From assembly GCA_016214885.1 (NCBI GenBank), contig JACRMP010000037.1, positions 7,675 through 71,674 of the forward strand: DNA of 64,000 bases, in the 5' to 3' direction. The stretch comes from Candidatus Gottesmanbacteria bacterium (GTDB taxonomy: Bacteria; Patescibacteriota; Microgenomatia; UBA10105; UBA927). Under the pieces are notes generated by a model. That model was not told the origin of the DNA. It was given only the letters and a program-made list of their open reading frames with translations, and did not search any database. Within the stretch, counting starts at the first letter, position 1; each line of letters starts with the position of its first letter. The position numbers and the translations under genes are program-made. Of this stretch, positions 47,597 through 56,057 are shown in pieces.

Positions 47597-49822
47597 ATGG
47601 ACAAAAACTTTGATCCGAAAACGACAGAAGAAGCAATTTACCGGATGTGGGAAACCGGCGGATTTTTTGCACCAAAAAAGGATAGCAACGGGTCCCCATT
47701 TAGCATTATCATGCCGCCGCCAAACGCGAATGATCCCCTCCATATAGGGCACGCGATGTTCATTACAATAGAGGACATTCTCATCCGCTATCACCGGATG
47801 AAAGGCGATCCCACTCTCTGGCTTCCGGGCACCGACCATGCCGGCATAGAAACCCAATTCGTTTTTGAGAAAAAGCTGGCTAAACAGGACAAAAGCCGGT
47901 TTAATTTTGACCGGGATACTCTATATAAAATGATTTGGGATTATGTACAGGAAAACTCCGGAGTGGCAGTAAACCAGATGAAAAAACTCGGAGCATCAGC
48001 CGACTGGAGTACATTCAAATTTACCCTCGATCCGGACATCGTACAAAGGGTGCTCGATACGTTTATCAAATTGCACCATGACCAGCTGATTTACCGTGGT
48101 CAAAAACTTATCAACTACTGCACCAAATGCGGAACCGGATATTCAGAGCTTGAGGTGGAGCACGTAGAGGAAACGACGAAGCTTTACTTTATTAAATACG
48201 GCCCGTTTGTACTTGCTACCACCCGACCGGAAACAAAGTTCGCCGACACAGCAGTTGCAGTACATCCCAAAGATAAACGGTATAAAAAGTATGTAGGCCA
48301 GGAAATAGAAGTCACCGGATTATTAGGCACCTTTAAACTGAAGGTTATCGCCGATGAGTACGTCGATCCCGAATTCGGCACAGGAGTTGTAAAAATTACC
48401 CCATACCATGACTTTAATGACTTTGACGTATGGCAGCGGCACCTTGATGAAATCCCCGCCCCCCAGCAGGTGATTGATAAACAAGGCAGACTTACGGCTC
48501 TTGCAGGCCCGTACGCAGGGATGAAAATTAAAGCCGCCCGGGAGCTGATTGAAAAACACCTCGACGAAAAGGGTTTACTGGCTAAACCCAGCGAAACCTA
48601 CTCCCACAATGTGGGAGTCTGTTACCGATGTAAAACCATTCTGGAGCCGCTTCCGCTTACCCAATTTTTTATCAAAACAAAGCCACTGGTCACAGGTGCA
48701 CTCAAAGCGCTGGATACCAAAGAAACTACGGTGATGGGGGCTGGTCAGGAAAAAATCCTCCGCCACTGGCTCAACAATATCCGTGACTGGAATATTAGCC
48801 GACAAATTGTGTGGGGAATACGGATACCTGTTTGGTATAACGTGAAGGGGCATGAGCATCAAATTACCGTCAGTTTTCTTGATAAGGAAAAAACGCAAAA
48901 ACACGGTGCGCTTTCGCAGTGGGTCAGTGAATTTGGGCTTGATCACATTAAAAATAATCTTCAGCAGATAGATGTCGGCACGTGGGCGGACGGGGGCGCA
49001 CCCTGGGTGGTGAGTGTGGATGAACCTAAAGCAGACGGACTATGGATCCAAGAAACCGACACCTTTGATACATGGTTTTCGTCCGGTCAGTGGCCAGTTG
49101 TCACACTTCAGGCCAATGGAAAATCCGCCTTTGACATGTTCTACCCCACCTCGGTTATGGAAACAGGCTATGATATTCTCCCCATCTGGGTCATGCGCAT
49201 GATGCTTCTTGGTATTTATGTTACGGGGAAATCACCGTTTGGGGTCGTTTATCTTCATGGACTCGTCCGTGACGAAAAAGGCCAAAAAATGAGCAAATCA
49301 AAAGGAAACGTTATAAACCCGCTCGATATGGTCGATAAATACGGCGCTGATGCTATACGTATCGCCCTGGTTATGAGCTCAACACCGGGTCAGGATAAAG
49401 CGGTTGGTGAAAGCACCATCCGCGGTATGCGTAATTTTTCCAATAAAATCTGGAATGCCGCCCGGTATGTGTATCTGGAGAGGCAGAATAACACCTCAGT
49501 TACTGACAAACCCGGTAATGAAGATGCACACTTTCTTATAAAACTCAATGAAGTTCATGAAAGTGTTACCCAATTATTGGATTCATTTAGGATAGGGCTG
49601 GCTGCAGAAACCACACACAATGAATTCTGGCATTGGTACTGTGACGTAGCTATAGAACAACGGAAAAAAGGAGAAATCTCGCTAGCTGCACTCGAAAAAG
49701 GGCTTACGGTATTTTTGACCCTCCTCCACCCGTTTATGCCGTTTGTGACCGAAGAAATCTGGGGGAAGTTAACAGAAAAACAAAATTCTCCTCTCATTAC
49801 TGCACCCTGGAAGACCTCATAA
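47597..49822 (+). CDS. valS: Valyl-tRNA synthetase (short form without the C-terminal coiled coil)
   Basis: PPPN...HIGH, GTDHAGI.TQ, TTRPET, DWNISRQ..WG, DTWFSS and KMSKS motifs. Confidence 0.96.
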   Translation: MDKNFDPKTTEEAIYRMWETGGFFAPKKDSNGSPFSIIMPPPNANDPLHIGHAMFITIEDILIRYHRMKGDPTLWLPGTDHAGIETQFVFEKKLAKQDKSRFNFDRDTLYKMIWDYVQENSGVAVNQMKKLGASADWSTFKFTLDPDIVQRVLDTFIKLHHDQLIYRGQKLINYCTKCGTGYSELEVEHVEETTKLYFIKYGPFVLATTRPETKFADTAVAVHPKDKRYKKYVGQEIEVTGLLGTFKLKVIADEYVDPEFGTGVVKITPYHDFNDFDVWQRHLDEIPAPQQVIDKQGRLTALAGPYAGMKIKAARELIEKHLDEKGLLAKPSETYSHNVGVCYRCKTILEPLPLTQFFIKTKPLVTGALKALDTKETTVMGAGQEKILRHWLNNIRDWNISRQIVWGIRIPVWYNVKGHEHQITVSFLDKEKTQKHGALSQWVSEFGLDHIKNNLQQIDVGTWADGGAPWVVSVDEPKADGLWIQETDTFDTWFSSGQWPVVTLQANGKSAFDMFYPTSVMETGYDILPIWVMRMMLLGIYVTGKSPFGVVYLHGLVRDEKGQKMSKSKGNVINPLDMVDKYGADAIRIALVMSSTPGQDKAVGESTIRGMRNFSNKIWNAARYVYLERQNNTSVTDKPGNEDAHFLIKLNEVHESVTQLLDSFRIGLAAETTHNEFWHWYCDVAIEQRKKGEISLAALEKGLTVFLTLLHPFMPFVTEEIWGKLTEKQNSPLITAPWKTS

Positions 49823-49830
49823 CAAGCTGC

Positions 49831-50805
49831 TTAAAAAGCTGATCGCGTCGCAGAAGGAGTGGCAGCGGGCAAGCTAATTGTTGGTGTGGGAACGCCAACT
49901 GCTGCACCCTTAAACGAACCGATAATCTCATTAAAAAGCGCATCGTCCGTACTGAAATTCGTAATAATTCCTGCAGGCGAAAAATGATTAAATTCAATAG
50001 CAAGCGTTTCAGAAACAGGCATTAAAACACCCCGGATAGCTGTGAATGTATATCCTCCGCCGGTGCGACCGGTAAAATTTCCGCTATATTCATAGGCATA
50101 GGTACTTCCAAACACTACCTGCTTCATCGTGAACTCACGCCCGGATGCATCGGTTAAAATTGCGCCCCGGAAGTCCGGCAACAATTGTCCCTTTCCTCGG
50201 GGTGCAACCGTAAACCGGGTGCCGCCGGGTAAATTTGTCCCCTGCGAAGAACAACCCGAACTATCGCAGGTGGGCGCCTTCACGGTTCCCGGAAGCTGAT
50301 AAGAGACACCGGGAATCGCTTTTTTGGTAGCTCCGCTTATTATCTCCATTGTTTGCCATTGGGCAACCCCCGGGGTACCTGAAACGCTTGCTGAGGGGGC
50401 TGTCACACTCTCGCCAACAGGCGTAGGATATGACGTGGGCACCACTACCTCATCACTGGGGAGAGGCGCAAAAAATGACCTGATTTGGCTGCTTAACCAA
50501 ATGCCCAATCCAAACAAAAGCACGACAAAAAGTAGGGTGCCGATATGCCGCGTTCCCTTTTTGGAACGGTTAGAGGCAGCGGGATGCTCCGGTATTGTTG
50601 TTTTTGGAGGTGCTGCCACCGTGGAGTCCTTCTCATTAAACAGCCGTGTGGCTTCAGGAATGACGGACTCACGATCATCGTTTTCAGGGCTAAATGCCCG
50701 TGGGTTCGTCGGAACACTGTCTTCAGCAACAGGCTCCAAAATAGGCGTTTCTTCGTAATTGAGCGACGGTTTTTTCTGCAGATCCTGATTAGGAGACTCG
50801 TCCAT
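49831..50805 (-). CDS. Hypothetical bitopic membrane protein
   Basis: Disordered acidic N-terminus, single TM helix, Pro/Thr linker and an extracellular domain. Confidence 0.75.
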   Translation of the reverse strand: MDESPNQDLQKKPSLNYEETPILEPVAEDSVPTNPRAFSPENDDRESVIPEATRLFNEKDSTVAAPPKTTIPEHPAASNRSKKGTRHIGTLLFVVLLFGLGIWLSSQIRSFFAPLPSDEVVVPTSYPTPVGESVTAPSASVSGTPGVAQWQTMEIISGATKKAIPGVSYQLPGTVKAPTCDSSGCSSQGTNLPGGTRFTVAPRGKGQLLPDFRGAILTDASGREFTMKQVVFGSTYAYEYSGNFTGRTGGGYTFTAIRGVLMPVSETLAIEFNHFSPAGIITNFSTDDALFNEIIGSFKGAAVGVPTPTISLPAATPSATRSAF

Positions 50806-50825
50806 ACCACTTTATTGTACCCTCA

Positions 50826-52025
50826 TTACTTTCTTACAAACAAGATGGCATTCGGTATATTTCTCCCGGGTCCGACTTTATAGCCCCCGCTCCATAAAGC
50901 GGTTGACCCTCCGCTATCCAGGTTAAGGGCATTATCAAATCCCATTGCCTTAAGGACAAATGCCACTTCCGCAACCGACGCGTTATGGACTACCCCAATA
51001 TAGGCAATTGTCCCTTTATTCCCCACGAAACTTCTGCTTCCTTTGGATCCTTTTTTCGGATCACTGTCCCCCCCAAAATTATTATTTCCTCCTGACACCA
51101 GAAGCGGCTGCATAGCAAGCACCCCGTCAGGACCGGTATCCCTTCCCCAATCCATAGATCTGCCTACAAACCGCATGGAGCCCTGCAAAAATATGACTGC
51201 AGGCACGGTGCTGTACACATTGTTTTCTGAATTAAAATACACTTTGTTTTTATTCATAAGCAGCGTATCAAATGAATTTTTCTTATCAGCACAACTCGGA
51301 TAATCAGCAGGACAAAAATACGATCCGTTAATCCCGGCGTATGCCCCGCTTCTCCCCACATAGTCCGCCAAGGACAGTGCCGGACAATCCCTCGCACAGG
51401 TGCTGTCAGAGGCTGTGTCTACGATAATGCGCGTTGAGCCCATGTCTCCCGCCACAATATCTACAAGATATGTACCGATATCAGTTTTTACCGATTGCCT
51501 GCTAAATCCCCCGGAAGGCAGAGCGTTATTTTCCGGTACGTTCACCGGGATTACAAAGCTAGCGGCAATTTTTTCTTTCGCCGCGACAATATCTTTATTG
51601 AGAAGTGCCAGCTGTGAAGACGCAGTCGCCCAACTGCGCTGTGACAGCGTATGTAATGAGTCGGCCAAACGCTCTTCCAGCTTACCCGTATCACGGGTAA
51701 GTCCCCGCAGCTCTATAAGCGATTCATAGGTATTCACTGCCTGCTGATAGGTTGTCTGGATATTCTTAATTTCTAACGCAAGGGCATCATTCCGGACAAA
51801 CTGATCCTCATTTTTAATAGCCTGTAATTCTGACAGAAGCCGGTTGATTTCGACCTCTGTCTGCGTTTTCTGCACACGGAGCATGGCGCTTTGTCCCTGA
51901 AATACCCAAGTGGCAAATAGTGAAGCGCCCACGATAACGGCGATAAAAACAGAGAAAATAACAGCAGATGTAGAGACATGCCATCGAAACATCGGGGTCA
52001 GCCGCGGCGGCAAGCGTAACTTCAT
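50826..52025 (-). CDS. Phosphodiester glycosidase (NAGPA-like) family protein with coiled-coil stalk
   Basis: INGSYF and ALNLDSGGSTAL motifs; N-terminal TM helix. Confidence 0.82.
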   Translation of the reverse strand: MKLRLPPRLTPMFRWHVSTSAVIFSVFIAVIVGASLFATWVFQGQSAMLRVQKTQTEVEINRLLSELQAIKNEDQFVRNDALALEIKNIQTTYQQAVNTYESLIELRGLTRDTGKLEERLADSLHTLSQRSWATASSQLALLNKDIVAAKEKIAASFVIPVNVPENNALPSGGFSRQSVKTDIGTYLVDIVAGDMGSTRIIVDTASDSTCARDCPALSLADYVGRSGAYAGINGSYFCPADYPSCADKKNSFDTLLMNKNKVYFNSENNVYSTVPAVIFLQGSMRFVGRSMDWGRDTGPDGVLAMQPLLVSGGNNNFGGDSDPKKGSKGSRSFVGNKGTIAYIGVVHNASVAEVAFVLKAMGFDNALNLDSGGSTALWSGGYKVGPGRNIPNAILFVRK

Positions 52026-52078
52026 GGGTTAAGTGTAATACAATTTACGCGGGGAACACAATTAAAATCAGGCACCAC

Positions 52079-52642
52079 TTATCCGCGCTCAAGATAAGAA
52101 CCGGTTTCAGGATCAATACCGATAACATCACCCTCTTTGATAAATAAGGGGACGGTGATAACCGCTCCCGTTTCAACAACAACCGTTTTCGTAGCACCCG
52201 TTGCTGTATTTCCCTTGGCCCCGTCGTCCGCCTCTGTCACTTTAAGCCAAACTTTTTTAGGGAATCTCACTCCCACAGCATCATCACCAAACACCAACAC
52301 CTGATAGGTGTCATTTGGTTTAAGGTATTTAATGAAATCAGCCAAAAGACTTTCGGCGATGTTGTACTGCTCGTAACTGAAATTATCCATAAAAACGTAG
52401 GAGTCTCCCTCTTTATATAAATATTGCATCTCTCTCGTATTTATAGGGAGTTCTTCCACTGATTCCCCGGATTTATAGGTGAATTCAATGACCTTGCCGC
52501 TTTTAAGGCTTTTCAGCTTTGCCCGAACAAATGCGCTTCCCTTGCCTGGATTTACAAATTGAAAATCCAAAATCTGGTTCGGCTCACTGCGGAATTCTAT
52601 AAAGTTGCCTTTTTTAAATTGTGCGGTGGTAATTTTTGCCAT
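52079..52642 (-). CDS. efp: Elongation factor P
   Basis: PGKGSAF, YLY, GNTA and VPLFI..G motifs. Confidence 0.96.
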   Translation of the reverse strand: MAKITTAQFKKGNFIEFRSEPNQILDFQFVNPGKGSAFVRAKLKSLKSGKVIEFTYKSGESVEELPINTREMQYLYKEGDSYVFMDNFSYEQYNIAESLLADFIKYLKPNDTYQVLVFGDDAVGVRFPKKVWLKVTEADDGAKGNTATGATKTVVVETGAVITVPLFIKEGDVIGIDPETGSYLERG

Positions 52643-52710
52643 AGGTTAAAAAATAAAAATCCCCCGTTGGGATGTGCCCATATTATCCCATAAACCGCCG
52701 CTTGAGGCAA

Positions 52711-53778
52711 TTATGCTCCGGTCTCAAACATTTCTTCGACGGGGAAAAATAATGTGTCCTGAATGCTCGGCGCATCCGCGAATAACATGACAAGCCGGTC
52801 AACACCAACGGCAATGCCGCTGCAGTCGGGTAACCCCACTTTCAGCGCTTCTATAAAATCATGATCATAATCATAGGTTGTTTTTCCGGTGCGTCTAATT
52901 TCTTTTAGTTCATCTTCAAACCTCGTTTGTTGCTCTTTCCAATCGGTAAGCTCACTGTAACAATCCCCCAGCTCAAGCCCCGAAATATAAAACTCGAAGC
53001 GTTCGGCAAACCGGGGGTCGCTAGCCTTTCTTCTCGCGAGTGCTGCCATGCTCCCCGGAAACTCATAGAGAATAGTCGGCCTCCCGCGACCCAAATGAGG
53101 TTCCACTTCGTTAAGAAAAATCTGGTTATATAACTCCTCCCATGTACTCTCTGGTGTTACCGTATACCCCTTCGCCATGGCTATCTTACCCGCATTTTCC
53201 CTATCGAGAAATTCTACAAAATCAGTACCTGCCCATTTGGCAAACGCTTCCGCCATGGTTAACCGCTCCCAGGCTGATTGAATGTCGACGCTTCTCCCCT
53301 GATATACGAGCGCATCCGACACCCCTGCTTTCTTTTCTTCAGACACCTGAATCTCATGATGAATAAAACGGATAAGTGCTTCACAATCGCTCATAATCTC
53401 CTTGTAATCCACGCCCACCCGGTACCACTCCAAAATCGTGAACTCGGGGTTATGGGTTTTGCTCTGTGTTTCCATATTGCGGAAACTCTTGGTTAAGGCA
53501 TAACAATTACCCAAGCCCGCTGTCATAAGTTTTTTGAGAGGCACTTCCGGCGATGTAGAAAGATAGCCTGGTTTTGCCTTCCTGTTCCGGTCCAAAAGCT
53601 TGGTTTCAAATACATCCAGATAGCTTTCGGCAGGAGGGTTGGCGATTAAAAGCGGCGTTTCCACCTCATGAAACTGGTGCGTATCAAAAAACGTTCGTAT
53701 TGCCCTCAACACCTTCTCACGGATGAAGTAGCGGTCCCAAAGTTCAGGGTTACGATAAAGTTTTTGCCAGGTTTTCAT
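52711..53778 (-). CDS. epmA: EF-P lysine aminoacylase (EpmA/GenX)
   Basis: LysRS catalytic domain only: L.TSPE, FRN.E....HNPEFT.LEWY, ERFE and G.DRL; adjacent to efp. Confidence 0.9.
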   Translation of the reverse strand: MKTWQKLYRNPELWDRYFIREKVLRAIRTFFDTHQFHEVETPLLIANPPAESYLDVFETKLLDRNRKAKPGYLSTSPEVPLKKLMTAGLGNCYALTKSFRNMETQSKTHNPEFTILEWYRVGVDYKEIMSDCEALIRFIHHEIQVSEEKKAGVSDALVYQGRSVDIQSAWERLTMAEAFAKWAGTDFVEFLDRENAGKIAMAKGYTVTPESTWEELYNQIFLNEVEPHLGRGRPTILYEFPGSMAALARRKASDPRFAERFEFYISGLELGDCYSELTDWKEQQTRFEDELKEIRRTGKTTYDYDHDFIEALKVGLPDCSGIAVGVDRLVMLFADAPSIQDTLFFPVEEMFETGA

Positions 53779-53830
53779 AGTACATACACTATTTTCTAGT
53801 TAAAAAAACGACATACAGAATACCCACCGC

Positions 53831-54085
53831 TTACTTTCGCCGGCGGAGAGATCTTTTGGAAGATGTGGTAAATACTTTTGCCACAAACATGAGGTAAACA
53901 AACTCAACTAATCCTGCGGTGTGTACAAATAGAAAAAAAATAAACCATCCCCTATCATTTCTTCTGGCAGCATGCCAAAGCGATAAACCAGCCCAAACCA
54001 AAGACCAAACAGTGAGAATCTCTAAGCCTACCCTCCATACATGAGGCAAATCACCTTGAGGGTTACCCAAATACCAGGGCATCAT
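53831..54085 (-). CDS. Small membrane protein (DUF5652-like)
   Basis: WSLVW.G..LW.AAR....WF motif. Confidence 0.7.
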   Translation of the reverse strand: MMPWYLGNPQGDLPHVWRVGLEILTVWSLVWAGLSLWHAARRNDRGWFIFFLFVHTAGLVEFVYLMFVAKVFTTSSKRSLRRRK

Positions 54086-54086
54086 A

Positions 54087-54740
54087 TTAGAGGAACTTCA
54101 TGACTTTGGATTTCTGACGGAGTTCCATAAACCATGGCTGTAGCTGTTCGCTCACCTGGTTACTTATAATAGCGCGCTTTGCCTCTTCCCTCAGCTGCGC
54201 GGGCTCTGTTGCCGTAAGCGTAGCTCCGCTTGTTGCTATATAATTATCAATGTCGCCATCGGTAATCACAAGATTCTTTGTAAGTAACCGCTCCACGGTA
54301 AGTTGAATTATCAGCTGTTGGTTGAAGTCAGATTCGGAAAGCCCCTGAAACTTAAGAAAATCCTCAAGGCTTACTTCGGTTCCCAGGCTGGAAAGTATTT
54401 CCTTTTGTTTGACGGCAATATCTTCTGCAGACACCTCGACTCCTGTCTTTCTCGCTTCTTTCTGGATTAGTGTCTCACCAATCATCCCCTCAAGCGTCTG
54501 CTGTCCATACCGCGTCCGCAATGTTGCGTTAAGCTGCCATGAAAAAATTGGCTGGCCATCTACAACAGCCGCTACAACCCAACCCTTGTTAACTGCGACA
54601 AGAACCAAAAAGAGGACAAAAAGTCCGCCAAGAATCCAACGCCAAGGGAAACTCCCCTTTACAGAAGGTGTTGACACCTGAGATTCATAAGAAGGAGGAA
54701 CGGCAACGACACTCTTTTTGTTTTGTGCTTTCTTTGTCAT
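54087..54740 (-). CDS. SurA N-terminal-domain / PrsA-like chaperone
   Basis: TM helix, then AAVVDGQPI...L..MI...LI..EA...G..VS. The start is uncertain. Confidence 0.75.
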   Translation of the reverse strand: MTKKAQNKKSVVAVPPSYESQVSTPSVKGSFPWRWILGGLFVLFLVLVAVNKGWVVAAVVDGQPIFSWQLNATLRTRYGQQTLEGMIGETLIQKEARKTGVEVSAEDIAVKQKEILSSLGTEVSLEDFLKFQGLSESDFNQQLIIQLTVERLLTKNLVITDGDIDNYIATSGATLTATEPAQLREEAKRAIISNQVSEQLQPWFMELRQKSKVMKFL

Positions 54741-54844
54741 ATCTATGGAGAATACCATAGTATTCATGGCTCTTCAAGAAGAAACGCTGTTATCATTTGT
54801 ATACCTGATTTGATACATGTTGTGCTACACTACATGATAATCCC

Positions 54845-55342
54845 ATGACGAAACGGACCCCCCCAATTGAGACATCTCCGCCAGCGACGGCAGCCCCTGA
54901 GGAAAAGGGTTTATTCCCGCACTATACCCGATTATTCTCCGCAAGCCGATTTAGCCCGGTGATCAAGCTTGGCGGCAGACTCCTGTTATGGATAGTGCTT
55001 ATTGCCGGAATTGGCATAAATATAGCTGCCCTTCACCGTAACCCCGAAAATGTCCCGGCTTGGACAACCTTTGTTTCACGCGCGGCCGATGTTTTGGGAA
55101 CTACCGACTCAACGAATACGGACTCTGGGTCAAATACCAAAACCAATGAAGCAGAATATTCATTCTGGATCGAAGTAATAAACTCACATCCGGACTACCG
55201 GGATGCCCACGTTAACGCGGCAATACTTGCCTTTAAACTTGGACTGTTAAATGAAGCACGGTCTCACACCAATAAGGTAAAAGAACTAGACCCCAACTAT
55301 CCGGGAGTTATGCAACTGGAAGATTTACTGAGCAAAAACTAA
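54845..55342 (+). CDS. Membrane-anchored TPR-like protein
   Basis: TM helix; P.YRDA...A......G....A......ELDPN. Confidence 0.7.
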   Translation: MTKRTPPIETSPPATAAPEEKGLFPHYTRLFSASRFSPVIKLGGRLLLWIVLIAGIGINIAALHRNPENVPAWTTFVSRAADVLGTTDSTNTDSGSNTKTNEAEYSFWIEVINSHPDYRDAHVNAAILAFKLGLLNEARSHTNKVKELDPNYPGVMQLEDLLSKN

Positions 55343-55346
55343 ACAG

Positions 55347-56057
55347 TTATTTGCCTTCTGCCTTTTTCTCTTCATCAGGCTTCTTTTCAGTACCCGCTGC
55401 ATCAGGCGCTGATTCTACACCAGGAGTCGCTGCTTCTGCCCCCTCAGCTGAGGCTGCTTCTGCTACTGCGGCATCTGCGGCAGCCTGCTCCTCGGCAGCT
55501 TTACTAACAAGCTCGCCTACGCGCACGACAATAACGGCAAGATCAGTCAAAATAGTTACTGCAGACGGTACGTTAATATCCGAAACCTTTAATTCCTGGC
55601 CAACTTCTGCCAATCCACTCACATCAACATCAAGCTTCTCGGGCAAATCAGTTGGAAGTGCTTCAACCTCAACTTCAGAAAGAAGTGATAATACAACTCC
55701 GATTTTTTGAGCAACTGCAGGAGCTTCGCCGGTTACTACCAGTGGTACATTTGCGTGAACCTTTTCCTTAAGATCAACCTGATGAAACTCTACGTGCAGA
55801 ATAGAATCCTTTACCGGGTCTTTTTGTACATGATGAATTAGCACAGGTTTCATTCCGCCATCAATCACAAGCTCAACAAGGCCGGTCTCATGCGCTTCTC
55901 CATACACCTTTATGAAATCAGAAAGCTTAAGTGAGAGACTTTCGCTTGTTACTTTTTTTCCGTAAACCGTAGCGGGAATAAGACCTTCCCTGCGGAGACT
56001 GTCCGGTTTAATTTTTTTGACGTCCCGTTTTGAGCCCTGAAGGGTATGTTTTTTCAT
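55347..56057 (-). CDS. rplY: 50S ribosomal protein L25/Ctc
   Basis: LRREG.IPA.VYG, HVEF and ALP.DLP motifs; acidic tail. Confidence 0.94.
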   Translation of the reverse strand: MKKHTLQGSKRDVKKIKPDSLRREGLIPATVYGKKVTSESLSLKLSDFIKVYGEAHETGLVELVIDGGMKPVLIHHVQKDPVKDSILHVEFHQVDLKEKVHANVPLVVTGEAPAVAQKIGVVLSLLSEVEVEALPTDLPEKLDVDVSGLAEVGQELKVSDINVPSAVTILTDLAVIVVRVGELVSKAAEEQAAADAAVAEAASAEGAEAATPGVESAPDAAGTEKKPDEEKKAEGK

